Shown: positions 22,120 through 32,133, counted from the first letter of the stretch. The stretch is 64,000 bases of DNA from an uncultured Deinococcaceae bacterium (GCA_963837785.1 CAWIOW010000031.1:38256-102255), one strand, 5' to 3'. Program-made: numbers and translations. Notes: generated by a model not told the origin, from the sequence alone.

Positions 22120-23426
22120 CCAGCAGTGAATTCAAAGAAAATCATTCTAGACTGATTCAACTTTCCAAAAGTAAAGAGACTGTTTTTGAATATCTTTCAA
22201 GCGTATATAATCTAAAAAATCAGTTTGAATCCCCAAGATACACAATACTGAACGAAATACTAGACAGACACATTAAAGCTATGTTTTTGATTAGTCAAAA
22301 TAAATCTAGTACGATATATCAATTGAATCGTGACATTATTTCGTATGCAGAGCATCATGCGTCAATTACTCACCCAGAAACAACGACTGTGGTAGCGAAT
22401 CAACTAATATATGCGAGTAAAGCGAAATCAAGACTCTTGAGTCTTTCTTGTGGTACTATACCACTTAGTAATAATCTCTTCCCTAGAGGATTATTTATAG
22501 GAAATCAACCTATCGCATTTGTGTCGCGAAAATATGATAGCTGTACCCCTTTAACTTGTCCACCCATCAAACCAGAGGCATTGCAAAATATTTTACGCAC
22601 TTTAGAAGAAAGTAATATTTTAGCACCTGAACGTGAAATAATCTTATCAAAATTAGACTCGATTCTTACACCCATGCTTGACACTGATATATTCTGGCGA
22701 CAGATTAGTATTTTAAATAGCGCGCTATTTAAAAATATGTTTTCTGACAATGATTCAGACAATGATCATCAATATTTTATGATCCCTGCGGAGATAATCG
22801 CTAAAGAATTGATTGAATCTCATTGTAAAGGCGAGACTGATCTCTGGTTGCTACGCAATTTATTTCAACCTAAGACACTCCGATTACTTTACGGCACGTT
22901 AAATGGTGTTCGGGGATTTTGGAATACATTAAATCAAAGTGGAACATTCTTTTTTTGGAAAGTAGATAAAAAGGGACGGCTTCATAGATTAAATCTTAAT
23001 GAGAACAATCTTGTGGACGATCAGAATCTGAATTTTTGTGAACTAAGTCCTATTGCAATTCTTGAAGCCATAGAACAACAGCGTTTAATGCCATCTATCT
23101 CATTTGCAATGTTAGTCACGATTTTTCAATTTGGAATCCAGAATTTTGGCGGCCTTCTACAATTTGATTACTTGGCTGAAGCACGTTCGAGGCTCACAAA
23201 GGTAGAAGGGTTAGACTTGACGCTTGATGAAAGCTATATTCTTTCTAAAACTCCTGATTCTTATTATGTTAATTTTGAAGAGAGGACATCTACATCAGGA
23301 GGACTTTTGCGTATAGCTAATGAAATTGGACAACAAGAACTCATGGAATTAGGTAATGAAACGATTGCAGAAAGTTTAGAAGGGTGTATTTCATTTGTGC
23401 GGTCATTATATCATAGCACTTCATAA
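22116..23426 (+). CDS. Hypothetical protein (436 aa), probable biosynthetic enzyme
   Basis: Long ORF coupled by ATGA; enzyme-like motifs SCGTIPLSN..FPRG, GTFFFW and GGLLQFDYL. Confidence 0.8.
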   Translation: MTSSEFKENHSRLIQLSKSKETVFEYLSSVYNLKNQFESPRYTILNEILDRHIKAMFLISQNKSSTIYQLNRDIISYAEHHASITHPETTTVVANQLIYASKAKSRLLSLSCGTIPLSNNLFPRGLFIGNQPIAFVSRKYDSCTPLTCPPIKPEALQNILRTLEESNILAPEREIILSKLDSILTPMLDTDIFWRQISILNSALFKNMFSDNDSDNDHQYFMIPAEIIAKELIESHCKGETDLWLLRNLFQPKTLRLLYGTLNGVRGFWNTLNQSGTFFFWKVDKKGRLHRLNLNENNLVDDQNLNFCELSPIAILEAIEQQRLMPSISFAMLVTIFQFGIQNFGGLLQFDYLAEARSRLTKVEGLDLTLDESYILSKTPDSYYVNFEERTSTSGGLLRIANEIGQQELMELGNETIAESLEGCISFVRSLYHSTS

Positions 23427-23455
23427 GTAAAATACCAACCATGGGAGGCGCAATA

Positions 23456-25381
23456 ATGTGTGGAGTGGTAGGTATAGTTAGTTTTGACGCTAAAATTGAT
23501 AAGAGCTATATTCAAATAGTCAATTCCATGCTAGAGTCTATCTCTCATCGTGGTCCAGATAGTAGTGGGATATTTTTAGAAAATAGAGTTGTTCTTGGTG
23601 CATGCCGACTTGCTATAAATGGGATATTGGATGGCGATCAGCCTATAGTGGATCCAAAATCCAAAGTAGCTATTGTATGTAATGGTGAATTATATAATTA
23701 CAAGAATTGGAGGAAACGGTTAGTTGAAAAAGGTCATGAATTTTTAACTAACTCCGATGTTGAAGTGATTCTACATTTATATATAGAATTTGGCATTGAG
23801 TTTATAAATAAGATTGATGCAGAGTTTGTATGCGCGATATATGACCCTAAAGTTGAAACAACTTTTATTATTCGCGATAGATTTGGAGTAAAACCTGTTT
23901 ATTATTATTTTGACGAGCAAAATCTCGTGTTTGCTTCTGAAATTAAAGCAATTTTCCAAGTGCCTGGAACATATCAGGGTATTGATACAACTAATATGCT
24001 ATACTCTTTTCTAAGGTTTGATATTCTAGATAGATCCGCTTTTAAAGGTATAAATATTTTAAAACCAGGAAACTATATAGAATTAAACAAAGAACATATG
24101 ACTGTTCAAAAGTATTGGGATTTTGCGGATTTTCTTGAGGATTTAGAACCTTGTGATGATAGATTTGATCAGGCTTGTCAAAAAACAGATTATCTATTAA
24201 CGCAGTCTGTATCTAAAAGACTCGATTCAGATTCTGAAATCGGATGTTTCCTTTCGGGAGGACTAGATTCATCCTTATTAGTGGCACTTATGAACAAATG
24301 TGGCCCATTAAAGTCTATTAAAACCTTCTCTATTAACTTTACTGACACTAGATATAGTGAAAAGATGTATTTCAACTTGGTGTCTGATTTGTTTGAAACT
24401 AGCCACCATTCTATAGAAGTAAGCGCGCGCGACCAAAGCAAACATTTTCCGAAAGCTTTATATCACTGCGAGCATTTCGTACAGCAAATTGATGGAACTG
24501 CAAAACTCATGCTAGCCGAGTTGGCATCTAAAAGTGTTAAGTCTGTATTAGTTGGAGAAGGTGCTGATGAAATTTTTCTTGGCTATCCCAGCTTTCTTTT
24601 ATCCCAAAGCTTAAATTATGGGGTAGAGGATATAAGAAGCATTGTTTCAAGACAGACTTCTAGATATGGCATCGACTATATAGAAAATCAAAATCGAAAA
24701 GTAGAAAAAATGATCGAAAAATACGGTTATTATCCAATGCAAGTTGACGCACTAGATAGTATTATAGATATTGCAAACGAATTATTGTCCCCTGAATTTA
24801 AATCTCAGCTATCATCTAAAGATTTCTTGGATTATGCTTTAAAAGACGCAAAGGTTAAAAAAAACATTTCATCAGTTAAAAATGAGCAGATTGTTTCAGT
24901 TAAAGAAACCATGCCGTCTTATCTCTTTGAATACCTCGGTGGTAAGGTTGAAATGGCCTCATCAATAGAGAGCAGGCTACCGTACCTTGATTTTGAACTC
25001 GTAAAATACGCGTGTTCCTTACCTATCGATTATCATATTCATGGAGGGATAGAAAAATTTTTATTGCGTTCAGTGTCAGCGACATCTCTACCAAAAGAGC
25101 TAGCAGACCGGCCAAAGCATGGATTCTCATCTTCGATAACTGATGGGTTTTTAGGATTAGAAAAAATTGATTATTTCGATCATTTCACCTCGCCCGAGTA
25201 TTGCGATAGCATAGGATATTTTGATGGTAAAGCTGTCCAAAAGTTAAAATCAAAAATTGTTTCTACTTACTCGATGAATAATCAGATCAGAACTATGAGA
25301 GAACGTGCTCTAGTATTTGTTTTATCTGTTCACTTACTAGATGTAATGTTCTCACCTAACAAAAGCCATCAAATATGTTAA
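23456..25381 (+). CDS. Asparagine synthetase B-like glutamine amidotransferase
   Basis: N-terminal MCG, HRGPD, CNGELYN, RDRFGVKP, LSGGLDSS and GEGADE; GGAGG RBS. Confidence 0.92.
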   Translation: MCGVVGIVSFDAKIDKSYIQIVNSMLESISHRGPDSSGIFLENRVVLGACRLAINGILDGDQPIVDPKSKVAIVCNGELYNYKNWRKRLVEKGHEFLTNSDVEVILHLYIEFGIEFINKIDAEFVCAIYDPKVETTFIIRDRFGVKPVYYYFDEQNLVFASEIKAIFQVPGTYQGIDTTNMLYSFLRFDILDRSAFKGINILKPGNYIELNKEHMTVQKYWDFADFLEDLEPCDDRFDQACQKTDYLLTQSVSKRLDSDSEIGCFLSGGLDSSLLVALMNKCGPLKSIKTFSINFTDTRYSEKMYFNLVSDLFETSHHSIEVSARDQSKHFPKALYHCEHFVQQIDGTAKLMLAELASKSVKSVLVGEGADEIFLGYPSFLLSQSLNYGVEDIRSIVSRQTSRYGIDYIENQNRKVEKMIEKYGYYPMQVDALDSIIDIANELLSPEFKSQLSSKDFLDYALKDAKVKKNISSVKNEQIVSVKETMPSYLFEYLGGKVEMASSIESRLPYLDFELVKYACSLPIDYHIHGGIEKFLLRSVSATSLPKELADRPKHGFSSSITDGFLGLEKIDYFDHFTSPEYCDSIGYFDGKAVQKLKSKIVSTYSMNNQIRTMRERALVFVLSVHLLDVMFSPNKSHQIC

Positions 25382-26535
25382 CTAGTTCGTGGAAATTCTT
25401 GTGTTTCAATTTCCTGTTTTATTTTTCAGAGGGATTTTTACTTATTTACTTGTTCAACAGTATTGCTCGAGACGGACTTAATTCTATAAACTCAAGTTTA
25501 GTGTTTGCGGTTTCATATTTGCCTACCATTCTTTTCTCTAAATTAATTTCCAATTATTTTATTAAGTATAGCAATAAAGTCATTCTTAACTCTTTAATTA
25601 CCTTAAGAATAATCCTTTGTATATCTGTTTATTATTTCTTTCCAAGCCAAAAGATACTTACTACACTCTTATATGTGTTTTTTATGGAGTTTTTGTGGTA
25701 TTACGCTGCCCCAATTATAGATAAAATGCAATCAGAAATATACGATAATTTAAATATGACAAAGCCTGAGTCTCTTCTTCAAGTCATTATTCAAATATCT
25801 TTATTTTTTTCACTTTTTTTAGGAGGGTATTTAGCAGATAAATTGGATTCCAATGTTTTGTTGCTGTTAACAGCAGTTTTACATATTTTATGTTTAGTAA
25901 TATCGTCTGGTATTACACACTCAAACGAAGATATCAAGAAGAGTCAAGAAAATTTTATTTATAGAACAGAAACCAAAAACAGCTCCTTCCCCATTGAACT
26001 CTTTGTATTGGGCGGTATTATAACTGCCTTCCCTCAAATATTAAATATTTTGTTGCCGTTAAAAATTTTCAATGTGTTTGGTGATTCAGCCAGTCTTGGT
26101 TTCATAGATGGATTATATAGCATCGGTGCGTTGTGTGCAAGTGTGTTTGGAGGTTTTATATTAATAAAATCGCGGTATAATCGTAGAATGGAGACTATTT
26201 TAATTGTTTTGATCTGTTTCGCTGTTTTAACTTTTTCATTGAGTAATACCATTTTCTTTAGTGCTCTTGTCTATTTCGTCTTAGGAGTTTTGATATCCCT
26301 CATGAAAATAAGAATAAGAAGTGAGATTTTCAAAACCTCAAAAAAGTATGAATCTGTATTTTTTCAAGATTATACACGATTTACATTAATTATAGCTCTA
26401 ATTTCTTGCTTGCTAACTGGAATATTTGGTCACTTTTTTAACTATGCCTCAGGGTATTTGGTTATAATTTTGGGCGCAATTATATCATTGTATATCGTGA
26501 ACAAAAACAGAAGAGATGATACCGAACTTTTATAG
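25375..26535 (+). CDS. MFS-type exporter
   Basis: About 12 hydrophobic segments; GGYLADKL motif. Confidence 0.8.
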   Translation: MLTSSWKFLCFNFLFYFSEGFLLIYLFNSIARDGLNSINSSLVFAVSYLPTILFSKLISNYFIKYSNKVILNSLITLRIILCISVYYFFPSQKILTTLLYVFFMEFLWYYAAPIIDKMQSEIYDNLNMTKPESLLQVIIQISLFFSLFLGGYLADKLDSNVLLLLTAVLHILCLVISSGITHSNEDIKKSQENFIYRTETKNSSFPIELFVLGGIITAFPQILNILLPLKIFNVFGDSASLGFIDGLYSIGALCASVFGGFILIKSRYNRRMETILIVLICFAVLTFSLSNTIFFSALVYFVLGVLISLMKIRIRSEIFKTSKKYESVFFQDYTRFTLIIALISCLLTGIFGHFFNYASGYLVIILGAIISLYIVNKNRRDDTELL

Positions 26536-26590
26536 TTCTAAATATTTACATTTCCGAACAATGATATTTAAGAATAGAGCTGCCATATAG

Positions 26591-26854
26591 CTGATGTTAC
26601 GCGCTGACAAAACCAATTTTCTAACATTTTATTAAGTTTTCATTTTCCCTAATCAATGTATATTGATAGATTACATCACTTTAGTTAAGTTCTTGTAAAT
26701 TTTGTCGCCTTTTATTAAGACTAATTGTGCGAAAATCACAATGTGTATCACGAAAAATGAGTTGTTTTTGAGGCAAATTTTTATGTAAACACCTTCTGTT
26801 TTTATTAAATCGCAATGTTCCCAGAAAATCCGAAATGTTGTCGCGTAACATCAG
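26591..26854. mobile_element. 264-bp MITE-like element
   Basis: Perfect 13-bp terminal inverted repeats CTGATGTTACGCG / CGCGTAACATCAG; flanks ATATAG/ATATAA; no internal ORF. Confidence 0.65.
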
Positions 26855-26876
26855 ATATAATTCGATTATGAATTAT

Positions 26877-26968
26877 ACGGCGATTAGGGGTTGATAGAGG
26901 GGATTTGAAAAGAGATAAAGCGCATATTGTAAGAGAGAATAACCAGAGCAACTTTAAGTCTCAAAGAG
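26877..26968 (-). mobile_element. 3' remnant of an IS transposase (IS982-like)
   Basis: The minus strand encodes SLRLKVALVILSYNMRF, like a DDE transposase C-terminus, and ends at ACGGCGATTAGGGGTTGAT, which resembles Deinococcus IS982 ends (from recall). Confidence 0.45.
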
Positions 26969-27214
26969 AGCCAAGGGTATAATCTTATTATGGCTGAACG
27001 TTGCAGTGAGTCACTAATATTTCTAGAAGAGGCTTTAAAGATCCTACGTACTCGATACCCCATATTTCCGCTAATTGAAAAGCGCATTCTTGAGATGATG
27101 CTTGTGGCCCACGCGGAACAGGGGCATGACCAAACCGTGATAGAACTTGAACACGCGCTTGATCAACAAGAAGCCCTTGCCGCCGCAAGACTGGGAGCTG
27201 CTTATACTTCCTGA
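26969..27214 (+). pseudogene. 3' fragment of a helical/TPR-like protein, truncated at the IS remnant
   Basis: QGYNLIMAERCSESLIFLEEALKIL...; begins abruptly at the IS junction and ends at the MFS gene. Confidence 0.4.
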
Positions 27215-28457
27215 AAAACTGTCTGAAAAACTGTGGAATAAGAACTTCACTGCTTACTTTGCAGCCACTGGGTTTTCATGTTTTGGAAGTACCTTCACAT
27301 TAGTAGCTCTGGGCTATCTAACCTACGAGAAAACTGGTTCTACCACAGGCTTTGCTATTAGCCTAGCCATCTCAGCAGGCACGGCTCTGCTAAGCCCTAA
27401 AGCTGGCGTTCTGGTCGATAAATATCCTCTCAAACCGATGCTCGTACTAGGCGATTTTATTCGCGGCTTGCTGCTTCTAGCTTTAGTTTTTGCAACCATA
27501 ACAAACCACTTTCATGTGGCTTTGGTATATATAGTTAGTCTTTTTAATGGGCTAATTGGACTTGTTTACAGGCCGGCTATTGGCAAGTTAATTCCCCGCA
27601 TGGTTCCCAAAAACCAGATCATGCGGGCCAATGGCTTAATGGGATCTATGTATAACACAGCTTCGATTCTTGGTTTCTTACTAAGTGGCACAGTTATGGC
27701 CTTTGTTGGCTCTACAACTACTATGCTTATTGATGCACTGACATTTCTTGTTATGGGCCTCGTCTTCTTATTCATTAATACAGGCGAGAAAGCCGCTGTA
27801 GCTTCAGCTAAACAAACTTCTACGCCAAAGCTCGAAAAGCCCGAAGGAAGCTGGCCCGTCTTTCAGTACATGGTAAGCAGCGGCATGCTCATTTGTCCTT
27901 TGCTCATTTTTCTTAGTTCCTTATACATTGCGCCGTTTCGTATCATTCTGCCTGAGCAGTTTAGCAGCCACATATTTGGTGCATTTTTCGCCTTTTACGC
28001 GATAGGAACTTTGCTTGCGGGCTTAACCACTGCCTATTTTAACCAGCGACTACTCCGCCGAGATGTACTGATAGTTAGTGTGTTGGCTGCACCTGTCTGT
28101 CTGGTACTTGCGGCCCTAACAACTCAGCCAAGCGCTTACTTTGCTATAGCACTACTTCTAGGCTTCTTCAATGACACCAGCAGTACGATCGCCTATTCCA
28201 GTATTCAGATGCTCATTCGTGATGACATTCGAGGTCGGGTGTTTGGCATTATGGGCCTAATTGAACGCGGCGGTATGCCCTTAGCGTACCTCACCCTCTC
28301 TGGTATGATTAATGCCTACTCCACCAGCATAATCTATATCATCTTCGCTACCGTTCTCTTAGCCATCTCACTGGGCATCATTACCTATTTGGTAAAACAA
28401 AATCTGTTAGGGCCAGACTCTCTTACCACTACAGACTCCCTTACCGCCACCGAATGA
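27147..28457 (+). CDS. MFS transporter (DHA3/macrolide-efflux-like); true start probably near 27220
   Basis: Motifs LWNKNF, AGVLVDKY, ANGL and RGRVFG. Confidence 0.88.
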   Translation: MNTRLINKKPLPPQDWELLILPEKLSEKLWNKNFTAYFAATGFSCFGSTFTLVALGYLTYEKTGSTTGFAISLAISAGTALLSPKAGVLVDKYPLKPMLVLGDFIRGLLLLALVFATITNHFHVALVYIVSLFNGLIGLVYRPAIGKLIPRMVPKNQIMRANGLMGSMYNTASILGFLLSGTVMAFVGSTTTMLIDALTFLVMGLVFLFINTGEKAAVASAKQTSTPKLEKPEGSWPVFQYMVSSGMLICPLLIFLSSLYIAPFRIILPEQFSSHIFGAFFAFYAIGTLLAGLTTAYFNQRLLRRDVLIVSVLAAPVCLVLAALTTQPSAYFAIALLLGFFNDTSSTIAYSSIQMLIRDDIRGRVFGIMGLIERGGMPLAYLTLSGMINAYSTSIIYIIFATVLLAISLGIITYLVKQNLLGPDSLTTTDSLTATE

Positions 28458-28487
28458 CTTCCCGAAAAACATCCTTATGGTAATACT

Positions 28488-29561
28488 ATGACTATCATTC
28501 CCTTGAACGACCTTGGCTGGGATTCTTATTTTGAAACACAACGCGCTCAGTATGCCGATTCCCACTTAGAACCCGCCCGCATAAGCTATGTCGAACGAAC
28601 CATGTATGGCGTTATCACTCCAAATGGAGAAAAGCGGGCCGTACTCTCCGGTCGGTTACAGCACTTCGAGCAAAAATCCCTAGTGGTGGGCGATTGGGTT
28701 CTCATGTCTCTCTTGGGCGAGGATGAGGCATATATTCACCACATCTTAGAACGTAAGACACTGCTTTCCCGCGCCTTTATGAATAAGGACTGGGCCTATT
28801 CTCGCAGCCTAGAAAAACAGGAGATTGCCGCCAACATCGATTACATTTTCATTGTGGTGGCTGCTGACCAAGATTTTAGTGTACGTCGCGTCGAACGATA
28901 CTTATCATGTGCCAAACAGTCGCAAGCTCAGCCCGTTATTCTACTCAATAAGATTGATAAAGCCGATGACCCTGATTACTTGATCGAAGAATTGCGCTCG
29001 GTGGCCTTCGGAGTGCCCGTACTCTCATTATCTGTTCAGGAAAATCAAGGGCTAGAGCAGTTGGCACCCTACTTCAAGCACACTATTGCCATCGTTGGCT
29101 CCTCTGGCGTAGGCAAATCCAGCCTAATCAATGCGCTCTGTGGTCGTGAGGTTCAGGCTTACGGCCCTGTGCGTAGCATGGATGACAAAGGTCAACACAC
29201 CACCACCCGCCGCGACCTACAACCGCTAGGTGGCGGTGGCATCCTCATCGATAATCCAGGTATCCGTGAAATTCAAATCTGGGCCGATGAACATGATGTT
29301 CAAGATGTCTTCTCGGATATTGAAGCGCTTGCACATGCTTGCCAATACCGAGATTGCACGCACAATAAGGAATCGGGCTGTGCAGTACTTGAGGCGGTAA
29401 ATAACGGCACTCTCGATCAAGGACGCCTTAAAAACTTTCGTCAGTTGTTGCAAGAAGCCAACTTGGTCGAGACTTACGACCGACAGGGTGCCGCCAAAAA
29501 GGAAGCCCGCAATCGTCGTCAGCGTATCAACACGAGCCTGCGAATGAAAGGCAAACGCTAA
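28488..29561 (+). CDS. rsgA: Ribosome small subunit-dependent GTPase A
   Basis: VVGDWV, NKID, GSSGVGKSSLIN, HTTT, DNPG and the Zn site CQYRDCTH..E.GC. Confidence 0.92.
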   Translation: MTIIPLNDLGWDSYFETQRAQYADSHLEPARISYVERTMYGVITPNGEKRAVLSGRLQHFEQKSLVVGDWVLMSLLGEDEAYIHHILERKTLLSRAFMNKDWAYSRSLEKQEIAANIDYIFIVVAADQDFSVRRVERYLSCAKQSQAQPVILLNKIDKADDPDYLIEELRSVAFGVPVLSLSVQENQGLEQLAPYFKHTIAIVGSSGVGKSSLINALCGREVQAYGPVRSMDDKGQHTTTRRDLQPLGGGGILIDNPGIREIQIWADEHDVQDVFSDIEALAHACQYRDCTHNKESGCAVLEAVNNGTLDQGRLKNFRQLLQEANLVETYDRQGAAKKEARNRRQRINTSLRMKGKR

Positions 29562-29569
29562 AACCAACT

Positions 29570-29651
29570 GGTACTCATAAATGGGTACTCATAAATGGGT
29601 ACTCATAAATGGGTACTCATAAATGGGTACTCATAAATGGGTACTCATAAA
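29570..29651. repeat. Tandem repeat GGTACTCATAAATG x5.9 (14 bp), intergenic
   Basis: Read directly from the sequence. Confidence 0.97.
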
Positions 29652-29687
29652 AACAGCAGCTTGCCGATGATGGTTTGCTGCTGTTTT
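29650..29687. terminator. Bidirectional terminator
   Basis: AAAACAGCAGC...GCTGCTGTTTT between rsgA and greA. Confidence 0.7.
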
Positions 29688-29742
29688 ATCAATTGAATGG
29701 CTTGGTTTAGCTGGAATTATGAGTTAGAATTATGAGATGGAA

Positions 29743-30213
29743 TTAATCGTATTCAACGCTTAAAACGGTAAATTGAGCCGTACCCTTTGGAAGCTGTACT
29801 GTCACTGTGTCGCCTGCTTTTTTGCCTGCTAAGGCTTGCCCAATAGGGCTGGCGTCGCTGACTTTGCCGTGCAACACATCTACTTCGTAAGTGCCAACCA
29901 ATTCAAACTGTCGCTCGGCTCCTTTGGCGTCGCGCACTTTGATTTTTGCGCCTAAGCCTGCGCCATTGCTGGCATCTTCTGCGACAATTTGGGCGCGTTC
30001 TAGTTGGTTCTCAATTTCTACAATGCGGGCTTCGTTTTCGCTTTGCTGCATGCGGGCTTCGTCATAGGCTGCACTTTCGCGCAAATCGCCATCGGCAATA
30101 GCAGTGCCCATATATTCCGAAATTTGCTCGCGGCGAGTGGTTTTTAAAAGATGGAGCGTTTCGGCGAGTTTGTCATAACCGCGCTGGGTCATGGTGATTT
30201 TTTCTTGTGTCAT
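29743..30213 (-). CDS. greA: Transcription elongation factor GreA
   Basis: GDLRESAAY and SPIGQALAGK motifs. Confidence 0.93.
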   Translation of the reverse strand: MTQEKITMTQRGYDKLAETLHLLKTTRREQISEYMGTAIADGDLRESAAYDEARMQQSENEARIVEIENQLERAQIVAEDASNGAGLGAKIKVRDAKGAERQFELVGTYEVDVLHGKVSDASPIGQALAGKKAGDTVTVQLPKGTAQFTVLSVEYD

Positions 30214-30258
30214 AGCCTTTAATTATAGTCGTTTTTTAAGAGCAAGCAAATTTTTGGC

Positions 30259-31251
30259 TTAGCCCATGACAAAATGATCGTCTTCTAGCCGCACGCTGGA
30301 TAATATTTGCTCATCGCCAGATGGTCTTGTGGTGGCTTGTAACTCTACGTATTTTCTAAGTGGCGTACGAATAACTTTGGGAGCCAACACTTCTTCAAGC
30401 TGAAAGATGCCGCCGCTGTTATTCATGCTTACACTAATAAGAACAGGTTTATTACGCCCTTTTTCAATGATAACTTCGTCTACAGCTAGGGCACTAATAG
30501 AGTGAATATCTACACTGCCAAGGCTAAAAGCTTTTCGGCCTCTGCCTTTAGTAATGTCAGTACCATCTGCTACAGCCGTAATAGCCCCCTCTATTGTGAG
30601 TGGCGCAGGATTTAGGTCGTGGCAGTTGATAGAACCCAAAATAAAAGCTCTTACTTTGCTGCGCTTAAGAGTATCGGAGTAAAGCGGCTTCATAATTCGG
30701 TCTAAAATAGGTAGGGCTAAGGCAACGCCGTGCTGTTCGTGGTGAAGGCGGTGTATTTGGTTGCCAATATCGTGCAGCATGGTTCCCAAAATAACAGTTA
30801 GAAAAACGTCGTCCACGTCGCCAATTCCAGAATCTATTAAGTCTGGTTTTACCCCGCCTTCTAACAGCAATTCGGTAATAGCCATACTCGCCGCGCCCGT
30901 AATAAAGGCATGTACTCGCCCATGATCGTTGTAGCCCATTTTTCGCATAGTGATGTAATTCGACATGTCCCAGTGGGCCAAAGCTTCTGGGTCATTTCTT
31001 AGGGCGTTATAGGCTGCTAGGGCGCGGGGGTAGCTGCTTAAATCGGCTTGAATGGCAATGTTGGCTTCTTCAATTAATTTGGCACGGGGCGTAGTGTATT
31101 CGATGACTTGGCTGGTTTGGGCTGTCGTAATATGCCGACCCTCAACCTCCATCACTTTACCATCCTGAACGCTTAATTTAAATTTCTGATCGGCCTGCTG
31201 CGTCAAGCCTGAACGAATAGAACTATCTTCTTTGCTTACCTTCTCATTCAC
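30259..31251 (-). CDS. HD-domain phosphohydrolase
   Basis: Motifs NDHGRVH, MLHDIGN and VADGTD. Confidence 0.85.
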   Translation of the reverse strand: MNEKVSKEDSSIRSGLTQQADQKFKLSVQDGKVMEVEGRHITTAQTSQVIEYTTPRAKLIEEANIAIQADLSSYPRALAAYNALRNDPEALAHWDMSNYITMRKMGYNDHGRVHAFITGAASMAITELLLEGGVKPDLIDSGIGDVDDVFLTVILGTMLHDIGNQIHRLHHEQHGVALALPILDRIMKPLYSDTLKRSKVRAFILGSINCHDLNPAPLTIEGAITAVADGTDITKGRGRKAFSLGSVDIHSISALAVDEVIIEKGRNKPVLISVSMNNSGGIFQLEEVLAPKVIRTPLRKYVELQATTRPSGDEQILSSVRLEDDHFVMG

Positions 31252-32041
31252 CTTTAAACTCCGGTTTACGTTTGTTTAAGAAAGCTTCTACTCCTTCCCT
31301 AAAATCTTTGGTTGCTACAGCCATACCAAACAGATCAGCTTCAATTTCTAGACCTGCTTCTATATGGGTATCCATGCCACGGCGCACGGCTTCTTTAACC
31401 AATGAAAGGGCAATTGGTGCATTCTTTAGGATTTGCTCGGCAACTTCGCGGGCTTTGGTTAGGGCATTGTCGGCAACGTAGTTAACAAGGCCAAGGCTTA
31501 GGGCTTCGTCTGCGGAAACTTGGCGGGCGGTCAACATTAGGTCTAGAGTGCGGCCTACCCCTACAAGGCGTGAAAGGCGCTGAGTGCCGCCAAATCCTGG
31601 CAACAGGCCCAAGCTGACTTCGGGCAGGCCAAATTTAGCGTTGGTTGCCGCCACCCGAATATCGCAGGCTAGGGCTAACTCAAAGCCGCCGCCTAGGGCG
31701 TAACCATTAACAGCGGCAATAACCGGAATAGGCAGGGTGCTGATTTGGTGCATGATATCTTGCCCAGCCAATGCTAATTCGCGTCCATCATAAACGCTTT
31801 GAAGCTCGGTAAATTCACTAATATCTGCGCCTGCTACAAAGGCTTTCTCGCCGCTACCCGTAATGATAAGAACGCCCACTTCGGCATTTTCAACGATTAA
31901 ATCAATGGCTTGGCTTATTTCGGATAAGGTTTCGGCATTTAGGGCATTTAGGGCTTTAGGACGGTGAATGGTTAAAACAGCCAAAGGGCCGTGTTGGTCA
32001 ATCTGAACATTTTCAAAATCAAATTCGTCAAGCTGAGTCAT
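31244..32041 (-). CDS. Enoyl-CoA hydratase/crotonase
   Basis: Motifs AFVAGADI, ALGGGFELALACD, GLPE and PGFGGTQRL. Confidence 0.93.
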   Translation of the reverse strand: MTQLDEFDFENVQIDQHGPLAVLTIHRPKALNALNAETLSEISQAIDLIVENAEVGVLIITGSGEKAFVAGADISEFTELQSVYDGRELALAGQDIMHQISTLPIPVIAAVNGYALGGGFELALACDIRVAATNAKFGLPEVSLGLLPGFGGTQRLSRLVGVGRTLDLMLTARQVSADEALSLGLVNYVADNALTKAREVAEQILKNAPIALSLVKEAVRRGMDTHIEAGLEIEADLFGMAVATKDFREGVEAFLNKRKPEFKGE

Positions 32042-32098
32042 GTCATCTATCCTGACATGTTCGGGCTGCTAAAGCCTAGAACGACTCTCTTCATCGGA

Positions 32099-32133
32099 GC
32101 TAAAGTATGTAGGGCTAAAGTATGTAGGGCTAA
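32099..32133. repeat. Tandem repeat GCTAAAGTATGTAGG x2.3 (15 bp), intergenic
   Basis: Read directly from the sequence. Confidence 0.85.

Larger units (their letters stand above)
20812..29561. other. Horizontally acquired region with two compositional layers
   Basis: 20.8-26.9 kb is visibly more AT-rich than the flanks; 27-29.5 kb has a different codon style. Contains MITE and IS remnants. Confidence 0.7.

Noticed and set aside
23456-25381. Lasso peptide cyclase or beta-lactam synthetase
   Set aside because: It retains a full glutaminase domain with N-terminal Cys, and no B1/B2 proteins or lasso precursor are visible nearby.
23456-25381. Housekeeping asnB
   Set aside because: It sits in an AT-rich island operon with a transferase and an exporter, so the gene symbol was withheld.
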